Positions 13,701 through 22,577 are shown, numbered from the stretch's first letter. The stretch is DNA of 64,000 nt from an uncultured delta proteobacterium (GCA_963814585.1 CAWFDF010000010.1:32001-96000), one strand, 5' to 3'. Notes: generated by a model not told the origin, from the sequence alone. Translations and numbers: made by a program.

Positions 13701-14222
13701 CAGCACCGCGGCGCGGAGCTCCAGCATGTCCTGGTGGGTCTCGAGGATGAGGGCGTCGACGCCCCCCTCGATCAGCCCCTTGGCCTGCTCGAAGTAGATC
13801 CGCTCGAGGGCGTCGCCGGTGATGTTGCCGAGGGCCGGATCCGACGAGGAGGGCAGCATGCCGCTCGGGCCGATCGAGCCGGCCACGAAGCGAGGCTGCG
13901 AGGGCGTCGAGAACCGCTCGGCGGCGCGCCGCGCCAGGATGGCGGCGTGGAAGTTGACCTCGTAGGTGCGGTGACCGACGCCGTACTCGTCGAGCTTGAG
14001 CCGCGAGGAGCCGAAGGTGTTGGTCTCGACCACGTCACAGCCGGCCGCGAAGTAGCGGCCGTGGATCTGCTCGATCAGGTCGGGGCGGGTCAGGGTGAGG
14101 AGGTCGTTGGCCCCCTCCTTGCCGCCGAAGTCGGAGAGGCTGAGCCGCTCCCCCTGGATCTGCGTCCCCATGGCCCCGTCGAAGACGAGGACGCGCCGGG
14201 CGATGGCGTCGCGGAAGGTCAC
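10776..14222 (-). CDS. metH: Cobalamin-dependent methionine synthase
   Basis: GTG start VTFRDAIARRVLVFDGAMGT; GLNCSTGP, GGCCGTTP, B12 motif GDVHDIGKNLV, RYSPGYP. Confidence 0.95.
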   Translation of the reverse strand: MTFRDAIARRVLVFDGAMGTQIQGERLSLSDFGGKEGANDLLTLTRPDLIEQIHGRYFAAGCDVVETNTFGSSRLKLDEYGVGHRTYEVNFHAAILARRAAERFSTPSQPRFVAGSIGPSGMLPSSSDPALGNITGDALERIYFEQAKGLIEGGVDALILETHQDMLELRAAVLGADACRRELMRDVFIIAQPTLIDQNGRMLLGTDIASALATLERLPVDAVGLNCSTGPAEMREAVRYLGEHCSHYVSVLPNAGMPENVDGKAVYKLSPDELAEALASFVVDLGVDLVGGCCGTTPAHLKAVVERLRTVTAPRRVRPRPGPEISSAMKAVPLTLEPRPLLVGERLNSQGSRKVKELLIADDYPGLLQIARGQVEAGAHVLDVCVALNERDDEGAQMRALVRLLAQAVDAPLMIDSTEADVIESALKVYPGRCIVNSVNLEKGGERVRKVLPLVKRFGAAVVCMTIDEKGMAQTADRKAEIAARLVTVAREYGIEPDSLVFDALTFTLATGGEEYRRSAIETLEGIRRIKAETPGVLTTLGVSNVSFGLARHAREVINSVFLYHAVKAGLDLAIVNPKDVTPYPALGETERALAEELIFDRRPDALARLIAHFGEKGAEKAAPTEDLLAGKTAEERIHLQILHRRPAGIEALIDEALTRQPAVGVLNEVLLPAMKDVGDRFGAGELILPFVLQSAEVMKKAVGYLEQFLEKTGGSTKGTVVLATVYGDVHDIGKNLVKTILSNNGFTVHDLGKQVPVATIIEKAVEVGADAIGLSALLVSTSKQMPFCVEELSRRNLSFPVIIGGAAINRRFGYKTHFVQGGTPYAGGVFYAKDAFEGLELVQQLMDPERRAALKHAVLEKALQGRDAPLPEPPPRPPPGARSSVAPAARVPAPPFWGARTVLSGQIPLSDLWPRLDLNELYKLQWGVRAKGAEYERMIREQFSPKLEELKAEAQAQGWLQPKVVYGYWPCHAEGEELVILDPVHRKAELARLRFPRQPDERLLCLADFFRTEPGSDVCALQVVTMGDAASRVADEASARGDYSRGLFVHGLAVEAAEALAEHWHRVVKAELGLGPEQGKRYSPGYPSWPELTDQRQLWKLLDPDRAIGVSLTEACQMVPEQSTSAIVLHHPEAVYFTIRGQSVLAG

Positions 14223-14536
14223 GGCACGCAGGCGGTGGCGGGCGCCTCGTTGGAGAGGCCGCAGGACGCCTTGCCACAGCCGGTCCCGAGCCACTCGCAG
14301 AAGCCGGAGCCCGGCGGCGCGTAGCAGCTGTCGAGGGCGGCCGAGCAGGCCGCCTCGTTGGTCGCGTCGACCCCGGCGGCGCTCAGCTGGTTCTTCACCT
14401 CGGCCTTGCAGGAGTCGCGGGAGGTGCCGGACCCGGAGCACTGGCAGAGCCGGTCGCCGAGGTCCTGGCAAGGACCGCCGCAGCCCGGCAAGGCCAGGCT
14501 GGCGGCGAGGAGCACGAGGACGGCCAGGGGGCGCAT
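14219..14536 (-). CDS. Small Cys-rich lipoprotein
   Basis: MRPLAVLVLLAASLALPGC lipobox-like, many Cys; stop overlaps metH GTG (GTGA). Confidence 0.7.
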   Translation of the reverse strand: MRPLAVLVLLAASLALPGCGGPCQDLGDRLCQCSGSGTSRDSCKAEVKNQLSAAGVDATNEAACSAALDSCYAPPGSGFCEWLGTGCGKASCGLSNEAPATACVP

Positions 14537-14632
14537 GGGACCGCGGAGGATCACCCCACCGGCCCCTTCAGGTCAAGGCGCCCCATCCCTGAATCTTTGC
14601 GTGGCCGGGCCGTCCCTGCTAACGGAAGCCAC

Positions 14633-15295
14633 ATGCTCGCTCTCGCCCTCCCTGCCCTGCTGCTGGCCGCGCTGGTCGCCCCCGCCTCGGAGGGAGTCGC
14701 CGCGTCCGGCGCCGCTCCCTCCACCGCGCCGGCGCCGGCCGCCGTCGCGCTGACCCGGAAGGTGCAGGCCTTCTACGAGAAGACCCGCGACCTGGAGGCC
14801 AGCTTCACGCAGACCTGGGTCTACGCCGGGATGGGGCGGAGGCTCACCTCCACCGGGATGCTCAAGGTGAAGAAGCCCGGCCTGATGCGCTGGGACTACC
14901 AGACCCCGTCGCCCAAGGTGGTGGCGGTGACCGGCAAGAGGCTGGTCCAGTACGAGCCGGAGGAGCAGCAGGCCTACGTCGACGAGCAGTTCGACGCCAC
15001 CGCCATGACCGCGGCGATCGGCTTCCTGCTCGGCACCGGGGACCTGGCCCGCGACTTCGACGCCTCGCTCGGGGAGGGCGGGACGCTGGTGCTCCGGCCC
15101 AGGGTACCCGACCCGCGGGTGTCCCGGATCACCTTCACGGTCGGGCCCGAGGGCGAGGTGCTGGCCACCTCGGTCCTGGACGGCTCGGGCAACGAGAACC
15201 GGCTGGCCTTCTCGGCCATCAAGCGGAACGGCGGCCTCGCCGATGCCGCCTTCGAGGTGGCGCTGCCGGCCGGCACCCGGCGGGTGGGGAAGTAG
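14633..15295 (+). CDS. lolA: Outer-membrane lipoprotein carrier LolA
   Basis: ASFTQ..G.LKVKKPGLMRWDYQTP..VAVTGKRLVQYEPEEQQA. Confidence 0.85.
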   Translation: MLALALPALLLAALVAPASEGVAASGAAPSTAPAPAAVALTRKVQAFYEKTRDLEASFTQTWVYAGMGRRLTSTGMLKVKKPGLMRWDYQTPSPKVVAVTGKRLVQYEPEEQQAYVDEQFDATAMTAAIGFLLGTGDLARDFDASLGEGGTLVLRPRVPDPRVSRITFTVGPEGEVLATSVLDGSGNENRLAFSAIKRNGGLADAAFEVALPAGTRRVGK

Positions 15296-15373
15296 GGACC
15301 GGTCGGCCAGGGGCCGGCCACGGCGCCCGCCGCTGTTCCGCCGCACGGGCGCAGCGGCTAGACTCCGCGCACC

Positions 15374-16081
15374 ATGGCCTCCCCGCCCGGCGACGTCCCT
15401 TCCAGCCTGCAGGCGACCCGCGCGCTCCAGATCGTGGGCGACTTCCAGCGGCGGCCCCTCGATCCGGTGGAGCGGTTCTCCGAGGTCATCTTCGGCCTCA
15501 TCATGGTCCTGACCTTCACCGGCGCCCTGAGCGTCGCGGAGAGCGGCCGGCAGGAGGTGAGGGAGATGCTCTTCGGCGCGCTGGCCTGCAACGTGGCCTG
15601 GGGGCTCGTCGACGGGGTGATGTACCTGCTCACCTCGGTGGTCGGGCGCGCGCGCAGGCTCCTCGTCCTCCAGGGGATCCGCGCCGCCGATCCCGCCAGC
15701 GCCCGGGCCATCCTCCGGGCGGCCGTGCCGGAGGGGGTCGCGGCGATCACCGACGAGGCCGAGGCGGATCGGATGGTGGCGCGCCTCCGCGCCCTCCCCG
15801 AGCCAAGGCACCCGGTCAGCATCACCGCGACGGACCTGCGAGGTGCGCTGGGGAGCTGCCTCCTCGTGGTGCTGGCCACCTTCCCGCCCACCATCCCGTT
15901 CCTGCTGGTCCAGGATGCGGCCCGCGCGCTCCGCATCTCGAACGGGCTGGCGGTGGCGAGCCTGTTCCTGGCGGGCTACTGGCTGGGGAAGGCGACCGGG
16001 CTCCGGGCCTGGATGCTCGGCCTCGCCATGGTGGTGCTGGGCAGCGCGCTGGTGGGACTCACCATGGCCCTCGGCGGCTGA
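15374..16081 (+). CDS. VIT1/CCC1-like membrane protein
   Basis: LDPVERFSEVIFGLIMVLTFT; several TM helices; ends MALGG. Confidence 0.65.
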   Translation: MASPPGDVPSSLQATRALQIVGDFQRRPLDPVERFSEVIFGLIMVLTFTGALSVAESGRQEVREMLFGALACNVAWGLVDGVMYLLTSVVGRARRLLVLQGIRAADPASARAILRAAVPEGVAAITDEAEADRMVARLRALPEPRHPVSITATDLRGALGSCLLVVLATFPPTIPFLLVQDAARALRISNGLAVASLFLAGYWLGKATGLRAWMLGLAMVVLGSALVGLTMALGG

Positions 16082-16145
16082 ACCGCGGGCCTTGGAAGCC
16101 ACCCCCGAGCGGGCCACGGACGGGCCCTGCTCCAAGGAGGAGACC

Positions 16146-17261
16146 GTGACGACCACCAAGGCTGGCTCGAGGGAGAAGGCCCCCGCGAGGCACTGGCTCC
16201 GGCCCTCGGTGAGCTGGCTCCTGGCCTTCGTGCCGGTCGCCATGGCGCTCGAGCGGGCGGAGGCGAGCCCGCCGCTGGTCTTCTTCGCGGCGGCGCTCGC
16301 CATCGTCCCCATCGCCAGCTGGATCGTGCGGGCCACCGAGCAGCTCGCCACCTACACCGGCGACGCCGTCGGGGGGCTGCTCAACGGCACCTTCGGGAAC
16401 GCGCCGGAGCTCATCATCGGGCTGGTGGCGCTGCGGGCGGGCCTCTTCGACATGGTGCTCGCCTCGCTGGTCGGGGCCATCCTCGCCAACCTGCTGCTCG
16501 CCCTCGGCCTGACGTTCTTCCTGGGCGGGCTCCGCTTCCGGGACCAGTCCTTCCGCCCCGAGGCGGCGCGCATCTACCTGTCGATGATGCTGCTGGCGGT
16601 CACCAGCATGGCGGTCCCATCGGCCATGCACGCCGTCTCGGGCGAGACGGCCGCCGCCGCCGAGCAGCACCTGAACCTGGCGGTGGCGCTGGTCCTTCTC
16701 GCCACCTACGGGCTCTACGTGCTCTTCATGCTGAAGACCCACTCGCACCTCTTCGTTCCCGAGGGCGGACCGGAGGGCCACGAGGAGGGCGAGCGCTGGA
16801 GCGTGGCGCGCTCGCTCGTGACCCTGGCCATCGCCTCCATCCTGGCGGCCTGGATGAGCGAGGTGCTGGTCGGCGCGGCCGAGGGAACCGGGCAGGCGCT
16901 GGGCATGTCCCGGGCGTTCATCGGGCTGGTGTTCCTGGCCATCGTGGGCGGCGCCGCCGAGAGCGGCTCGGCGATCGCCATGGGACGGGCCAACCGGATG
17001 GACCTCGCCGTGGGCATCGCGGTCGGGAGCTGCATCCAGATCGCGCTCTTCGTCGCGCCGCTCCTCGTCCTCCTGAGCTACGCCTTCGCTCCCCGGCCGC
17101 TGCTGCTCCTCTTCCCCCGGGTGCTGGTGGCGACCACGTTCATCGCCGTCGTCGTCGCCACGGTGGTCATCGGGGACGGCAAGTCCAACTGGTTCAAGGG
17201 ACTGCAGCTGGTCGTGGTGTACGCCCTGATCGCGCTGCTGGCCTTCTTCGTAGGCGTCTGA
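16146..17261 (+). CDS. cax: Ca2+/H+ antiporter (CaCA/CAX family)
   Basis: GGLLNGTFGNAPELI, AIVGGAAE, GSCIQIALFVAP, GKSNWFKGLQL; SD AAGGAGG before GTG 16146. Confidence 0.9.
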   Translation: MTTTKAGSREKAPARHWLRPSVSWLLAFVPVAMALERAEASPPLVFFAAALAIVPIASWIVRATEQLATYTGDAVGGLLNGTFGNAPELIIGLVALRAGLFDMVLASLVGAILANLLLALGLTFFLGGLRFRDQSFRPEAARIYLSMMLLAVTSMAVPSAMHAVSGETAAAAEQHLNLAVALVLLATYGLYVLFMLKTHSHLFVPEGGPEGHEEGERWSVARSLVTLAIASILAAWMSEVLVGAAEGTGQALGMSRAFIGLVFLAIVGGAAESGSAIAMGRANRMDLAVGIAVGSCIQIALFVAPLLVLLSYAFAPRPLLLLFPRVLVATTFIAVVVATVVIGDGKSNWFKGLQLVVVYALIALLAFFVGV

Positions 17262-17403
17262 AGCGCATGGCGCCCGCGGGCCGAGGCGGGAAGGCCTGTC
17301 CCGCCCTCCCGGCACCGGGTATCGTCGTCGCCGCTGGCGCGGGAGGATCGGCGATGACCTTGCCGTGCCCTGGCTGGAGGGGCCGGCCTGCGGGAGGAGA
17401 TCC

Positions 17404-17649
17404 ATGGCGACCGAGGAGGAGCTGAAGGCGGAGCTGGAGCGGCTCAGGGCCGAGAACGCGGCGCTCAAGTCGCGCGGCTCGAAGGGCGTCTCCATGAAGG
17501 TGAGCGAGAAGGGCGGCGTGTCGGTCTACGGCCTGGGCCGCTTCCCGGTGACGCTCTACCAGGAGCAGTGGCTGAAGCTGCTCGACCTGACCGACGACCT
17601 TCGCGCCTTCATCAAGGAGAACGAGGCCAGGCTGAAGAAGAAGGAGTGA
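17404..17649 (+). CDS. Conserved small hypothetical protein
   Basis: SD GGAGGAG; coiled coil then KVSEKGGVSVYGLGRFPVTLY. Confidence 0.8.
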   Translation: MATEEELKAELERLRAENAALKSRGSKGVSMKVSEKGGVSVYGLGRFPVTLYQEQWLKLLDLTDDLRAFIKENEARLKKKE

Positions 17650-17678
17650 CCGGGGGCGCCCCGGGCGCGGCGGCTGCC

Positions 17679-18131
17679 TCAGTGCTTCAGGTTCCGGATC
17701 CCGGGGGTGGCGTGCTCGGGGAAGACCAGCCCGAGGATGTAGCGCGAGCCCTCGGCCATCCTCAGGCCGCCGAGCGCGGCGCGAGGCACCCACTGCGCCT
17801 CGGCCACCTCGATGGGGTTGGGGACGAGCGCGCGGGTCAGGGGGTGGCACCGGTAGTACAGGATGACGAAGTGGTCGGTGTCCGGCCCCAGGTGCTCGAA
17901 GACGTCCACCAGCCCCACCACGGCCACCTTCAGGCCGACCTCCTCGAGCACCTCCCGGTGGAGCGCCTGCACGATCGGCTCGCCGAGGGCGATCTTGCCG
18001 CCCGGCATCACCCACATGTCGAGGAAGGGGGCGATCGCGCGCCGCGTCAGCACCACCCGGTCCTCCTCGTCGACGATGACGGCGACGACCGAGGTGACGA
18101 CGTGCTGCTTCCGGTAGAGGTGCTGCGTCAT
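17679..18131 (-). CDS. Nudix hydrolase
   Basis: Nudix box PGGKIALGEPIVQALHREVLEEVGL. Confidence 0.9.
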   Translation of the reverse strand: MTQHLYRKQHVVTSVVAVIVDEEDRVVLTRRAIAPFLDMWVMPGGKIALGEPIVQALHREVLEEVGLKVAVVGLVDVFEHLGPDTDHFVILYYRCHPLTRALVPNPIEVAEAQWVPRAALGGLRMAEGSRYILGLVFPEHATPGIRNLKH

Positions 18132-18139
18132 GGCGGCCT

Positions 18140-19357
18140 TCAGACCACGTACTCCAGCTCGCCGGCGGGGACGACCGGTGGGCGTGGACGGTCGACGATG
18201 ACCTCGCGCAGGCGCTGGGCCTCCACCGAGAGCGCGGCGTAGGACTGGAGGAAGGCCGCGGAGGGGTCCTCCTCCAGCAGCCGCTCGATCTTCCCGGACC
18301 ACGAGGGGATGGGGAGGACGCGCCCCTGGAGCCGGTCGAGCACGACGTTCATCGCCTCCACGCCGTCGGCGTCGAAGAAGGGCTGCTTCCGGAGCAGCTC
18401 GGTCAGGTCTGGCATCATCCGGAACTCGAACGGATCGCGCCGCAGCATCACGTTGAGCGGGTTCAGGGCGCGGTCCCGCTCCGGCGAGAGCGCCTCGTGC
18501 TCCGGGTGGAGCCGCTGCCAGACCACGGTCGGGAAGGTGGCATCCATGGGGATCCACCGCCCACCGTGGTTCACGACCGCGAAGTAGTGCTTGATGTGGC
18601 TCTTGCGGCGCTCGAGGACCCGGTAGCCGTCCGGCAGGATGGGGTCCATGGTCCCGGCCCGGCAGAGCACCTCGGCGAACTGCGCCTCGATCCCGCTCGC
18701 CCTCAGGAGCGCCACCTGCAGGTTCGACTTGGTGGTGCACATCCCGAAGCCGAGCTCGAGCGTGTTCGAGGCCAGCACGTTCCAGAAGCCGATCCGGTAG
18801 GGGAGCTGCCGGACGTACTCGAAGATCGCGCAGGCCGACTCCCAGTCGTCCCGCCCGCGCAGGAACGAGGCGAAGTGCCGGATGGCCGGGTGGCCGTGAT
18901 CGCAGTGGTCGGTGGGTCCGGCCGCGCCGTCGGCGCCGCGCGCCCGCTCGGAGACCACCTTGGCGTGGCGGAGGCGCACCAGCGGCGAGAGCCCGACGAA
19001 CAGCCGGGTGAAGAGCGCCAGCTGCTCGCGACGCGGGCCCCTCGAGTAGGCCGACCTGGGGACGTGCCAGACCGCCGCGCCACCCTCCAGGGCGTGAACG
19101 CCGGCCGTCCGCGGGGTGCCGAGCACGAAGCCGATCTCGCCGACCACGTCGCCCGGTCCGAGCCAGACGGGGCTGCTCCCGCGGCGCTCGAGGAGGAACT
19201 GCCCGCGGAGGATGACGTGGAGATCGAGATTGCCCTGGGCCGTGGTGTCGAAGAGCGGCTGGCCGGCCTGGAACTCCCGGCGCTCGCCGAGCGGCTCGAC
19301 GAGCCGCAGCGCCTCCGCGGTCATCGTCGAGGCGAGCTTGGTTTGCGACAGCGGCAT
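18140..19357 (-). CDS. Cyclic-nucleotide-binding domain fused to transglutaminase-like (Cys-His-Asp) domain
   Basis: N-terminal LGPGDVVGEIGFVLGTPRTA (cNMP phosphate-binding cassette); C-terminal GMCTTKSNLQVALLRASGI..HYFAVV..GRWIPMDAT; SD GGAGG. Confidence 0.8.
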   Translation of the reverse strand: MPLSQTKLASTMTAEALRLVEPLGERREFQAGQPLFDTTAQGNLDLHVILRGQFLLERRGSSPVWLGPGDVVGEIGFVLGTPRTAGVHALEGGAAVWHVPRSAYSRGPRREQLALFTRLFVGLSPLVRLRHAKVVSERARGADGAAGPTDHCDHGHPAIRHFASFLRGRDDWESACAIFEYVRQLPYRIGFWNVLASNTLELGFGMCTTKSNLQVALLRASGIEAQFAEVLCRAGTMDPILPDGYRVLERRKSHIKHYFAVVNHGGRWIPMDATFPTVVWQRLHPEHEALSPERDRALNPLNVMLRRDPFEFRMMPDLTELLRKQPFFDADGVEAMNVVLDRLQGRVLPIPSWSGKIERLLEEDPSAAFLQSYAALSVEAQRLREVIVDRPRPPVVPAGELEYVV

Positions 19358-19427
19358 TCCCCCTCCGGAATGGCGGCCGAGTGGTGGATCGACGAGCCGC
19401 AGCCTAGCGCATCGCAGCGGCGGGGTC

Positions 19428-20867
19428 TCAACCCTTGATGACGCCCATGGGCTCGAGCCGCGCCACCAGGCGCGAGATGCCGGCGCGGTCCATCACCGCC
19501 ACCACCTGCGCGACGTCCTTGTAGGCCTCGCTCATCTCCTCGGCGAGCGTCTTCTTCCCGCGCGAGATCACCTCGATGCCCCGGGCGGCGAGCTCCCGGG
19601 CGATGGAGCGGCCGCGGCCGCGCCGCAGGGCCTCGCCCCGGGAGAGGAGGCGGCCGGCGCCGTGGCACGAGCTGCCGAAGGTGTCGCGCATGGCCCGCGC
19701 CGTTCCCGCCAGCACGTAGGAGTAGCGCCCCATGTCGCCGGGGATGAGCACGGGCTGGCCGATCTCCCGGTAGGCGGCGGGGACGCGTGGATCGCCGGGG
19801 CCGAAGGCGCGCGTCGCCCCCTTGCGGTGGACCAGGACGCGGCGGCGGACGCCGTCCACCTCGTGCTCCTCGTGCTTGGCGACGTTGTGGCAGACGTCGT
19901 AGAGCAGGCGGGCGCCGAGATCGCGCTCGGAGACGCGGAGGGCGTGGAGCAGGGCGCGGACGGCCAGCCCGGTCATGACCTGCCGGTTGGCCCAGGCATA
20001 GTTGGCGGCCGCCTGCATGGCGCCGAGGTAGCGGCGCCCCACCTCGCTCGTCACCGGGGCGCAGGCCAGCTGCCGGTCGGGGAGCTGGGCGTAGTCCGGG
20101 CCGAAGGAGGCCTGGCGCGGCGTCAGCTCCGCCAGGAATTCGTCGCAGACCTGGTAGCCGAGGCCGCGCGAGCCGGAGTGGATCTGCAGGGCGACCCGGC
20201 CGGGCCGGAGGCCGAAGGCCTCGGCGGCGGCCGGATCGTAGATCTCGGCGATCCGGTCCACCTCGAGGAAGTGGTTGCCGCTGCCGAGCGTCCCGACCTG
20301 GTCCGACCCTCGCTGCCGGGCCCGCTCCGAGACCGAGCCAGGATCGGCGCCGGCCAGCCGTCCGCCCTCCTCGCAGCGCTCCAGGTCGTCCGACGCCGCG
20401 GTGAACCCGCGCCGGACCGCCCAGCGCGCCCCCTGGGAGAGGACCTCGTCGAGCTCCGCGCCGGAGAGGCGGGGGATGGCCCGGCTGGCCCCGACGCCGG
20501 TGGGGATGTCGCGGTAGAGCTGCGCGGTGACGGCGTGGAGGTGCTCCCGGACGTCCTCCTCCTCCAGCGCGGTGGTGACCACCCGCACGCCGCAGTTGAT
20601 GTCGTAGCCGACGCCGCCCGGGGAGATGGCGCCCTCGTCGGCGTCCACGGCGGCCACGCCGCCGATGGGGAAGCCATAGCCCCAGTGGATGTCGGGCATG
20701 GCCAGCGAGAAGCGCAGGATGCCGGGGAGGTGGGCCACGTTGGCGACCTGCTGGAGGGCCGGGTCGTCGGGCGCTGGCGGTCCGACGCCGTAGACTCGCC
20801 CCGGCACCCGCATCCTCCCCTCGCGCGGGATCTCCCACAGGTCGCCCTGGACGTGCCGCAGCTTCAT
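19428..20867 (-). CDS. rtcB: RNA-splicing/repair ligase RtcB
   Basis: MPDIHWGYGFPIGGV, GVGYDINCGVR, GTLGSGNHFLE, IHSGSRG, HRKGAT, SSCHGAGR, AYKDV. Confidence 0.97.
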   Translation of the reverse strand: MKLRHVQGDLWEIPREGRMRVPGRVYGVGPPAPDDPALQQVANVAHLPGILRFSLAMPDIHWGYGFPIGGVAAVDADEGAISPGGVGYDINCGVRVVTTALEEEDVREHLHAVTAQLYRDIPTGVGASRAIPRLSGAELDEVLSQGARWAVRRGFTAASDDLERCEEGGRLAGADPGSVSERARQRGSDQVGTLGSGNHFLEVDRIAEIYDPAAAEAFGLRPGRVALQIHSGSRGLGYQVCDEFLAELTPRQASFGPDYAQLPDRQLACAPVTSEVGRRYLGAMQAAANYAWANRQVMTGLAVRALLHALRVSERDLGARLLYDVCHNVAKHEEHEVDGVRRRVLVHRKGATRAFGPGDPRVPAAYREIGQPVLIPGDMGRYSYVLAGTARAMRDTFGSSCHGAGRLLSRGEALRRGRGRSIARELAARGIEVISRGKKTLAEEMSEAYKDVAQVVAVMDRAGISRLVARLEPMGVIKG

Positions 20868-20890
20868 GGCCGGTCCTCCCGCTCCTCCCG

Positions 20891-21325
20891 TCAGATGTCC
20901 AGGACGACCTGGGCGACCCAGCCGCCGCCCTCCGGTTCCAGCCGCGCGGCGTGCCAGGTGATCGCCTTCACGTCGGCCCCCTCGGCGTGCTGGTCCGGAT
21001 CGTACCGCGCGAAGCCCACCGTCGCCTCCACGCCGGCCTCGTCGAGGTGGTGGACCTCGACCTGGGCGGGGAGCAGCCGCTCGGTGGCGAAGCGGTAGAG
21101 CAGCTCCCGCAGCAGCGCCAGGGCGGAGCCCACCAGGCCCGGGCCGCCCGGCAGCGCCAGCCGCTCCTCGCTGTCCAGGGGCGTGGCCCCGCCGCCCGCG
21201 AGCAGCCCGCCGAGCGCGAGGGCCAGCCGCGCCAGCGCCTCCTCCGCGCTGGCGCCGCGGACGCGCACGCCCACATCGGCGGTGTGGCCGAGGTCCTCCC
21301 AGGGTTGCGGGAGCTGGTAGCGCAC
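20891..21325 (-). CDS. Archease (RtcB cofactor)
   Basis: WEDLGHTADVGVRVRG ... DVKAITWH ... AQVVLDI; directly upstream of rtcB. Confidence 0.9.
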   Translation of the reverse strand: MRYQLPQPWEDLGHTADVGVRVRGASAEEALARLALALGGLLAGGGATPLDSEERLALPGGPGLVGSALALLRELLYRFATERLLPAQVEVHHLDEAGVEATVGFARYDPDQHAEGADVKAITWHAARLEPEGGGWVAQVVLDI

Positions 21326-21339
21326 GGACGAGAACCTGA

Positions 21340-21514
21340 TGCCCCGACCCAGGCAAGATGCCTGCAGCAAGAGCCGATCCTCTCGCTGCGGCAGGCGGCC
21401 TCGTCGGTCCGCTGCCCAGTGTAGCGCTGCTGCGCCTCCGCTGCTCCCTCCTCGGGCGCCAGCCTCGCTTCGGTCTCGGCTCTCTCGTCACGTCATCTTG
21501 CCTGGGTCGGGGCA
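21340..21514. mobile_element. MITE-like / structured repeat, copy 1 (175 bp)
   Basis: Perfect 21-bp terminal inverted repeat TGCCCCGACCCAGGCAAGATG (21340-21360) / CATCTTGCCTGGGTCGGGGCA (21494-21514); 31-bp core identical to copy 2. Confidence 0.7.
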
Positions 21515-21579
21515 CTGGCCGATCCGGGGACGAGGCCCAGGACCCCGACGAGGCGGCCCGCTGCGAGAGCCGGCGCGAG

Positions 21580-22353
21580 CTACTTGAGCAGCACCGCCAG
21601 CGCCATCATCGCGACGAAACCACCGACGACGGCGAAGGTCGCGCTCCGCTCGCCCCCCTCGACGTGCGTCTCCGGCAGCACCTCGCCGGACACGACGAAC
21701 AGCATCGCGCCCGCGGCGAAGGCGAGCCCCCAGGGCAGGAGCGCCTCGCTGGCATGGACGGCCATGGCACCGGCCAGCCCTCCGACCGGCTCGACCAGGC
21801 CGGAGAGCAGGGCGATGAGGAAGGCGCGCCCTCGCGAGAGGCCGCCGGCCAGGAGCGCGGCGGCCACCGCAAGCCCCTCGGGGAGGTTCTGGGCGGCGAT
21901 CCCCAGGGTCACCGCGTACCCCGTCGCCGCCGCGCCGCCGCCGTAGGCCACGCCGACGCTGAGCCCCTCGGGGAGGTTGTGCAGCGCGACGGCGAGGACG
22001 AAGAGCCCGTTGCGGCCGAGGTGGAACGCGCTTCCGCCCTCACGTCCCTTGGTGAAGTGCTCGTGGGGGATGGCCTCGTGGGCGGCCCACAGCGCCACCG
22101 CCCCGAGCCCGAGCCCGAGGCTGACCGTCACGACGGCGCCCAGGCTCGTTCCGCCTCGGGTGCGCACCAGCTCGAGCGCTGGCTGGAGGAGGGAGAAGAA
22201 GGTGGCGCCGAGCATCATGCCGCCGGCCAGGGCGAACATGAGCCGCTGCGAGTTCTTGCTCCACTCGCTGCGGACGAAGACGGGCAGCGCGCCCAGGCCG
22301 GTGGCCAGCCCCGCCGCGAGGCTGCCCAGGAACCCTGCGAGCGTGGGTGACAT
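21580..22353 (-). CDS. ZIP family divalent metal transporter (GufA-like)
   Basis: AVALHNLPEGLSVG, GIAAQNLPEGLAVA, EVLPETH. Confidence 0.9.
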   Translation of the reverse strand: MSPTLAGFLGSLAAGLATGLGALPVFVRSEWSKNSQRLMFALAGGMMLGATFFSLLQPALELVRTRGGTSLGAVVTVSLGLGLGAVALWAAHEAIPHEHFTKGREGGSAFHLGRNGLFVLAVALHNLPEGLSVGVAYGGGAAATGYAVTLGIAAQNLPEGLAVAAALLAGGLSRGRAFLIALLSGLVEPVGGLAGAMAVHASEALLPWGLAFAAGAMLFVVSGEVLPETHVEGGERSATFAVVGGFVAMMALAVLLK

Positions 22354-22577
22354 GGTTCCCATGCCGGCTTCGCTCCGAACGGCGTGACCGAGGAGGAGGT
22401 CCCCCGCTCTCCGCGATGGCGTGGTGATGTCCGGGCGCGAGGCCGCCCGCTGCCACGGGGTGTCGATGGGGAATGGGCCCGACGGCGACACGCCGCAGGC
22501 CACTCGCGACGCCCCGGATCAGCGACCGGGCCCGGCACACGGCGCGGGCCCGGCCGTCGGGGAGCGTCCGGGCGCGG

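Noticed and set aside
19358..21580. Y RNA/tRNA-like gene or Ro60/RtcR next to rtcB
   Set aside because: No T-loop/D-loop tRNA signature and no rsr, rtcR or rtcA gene in the window.
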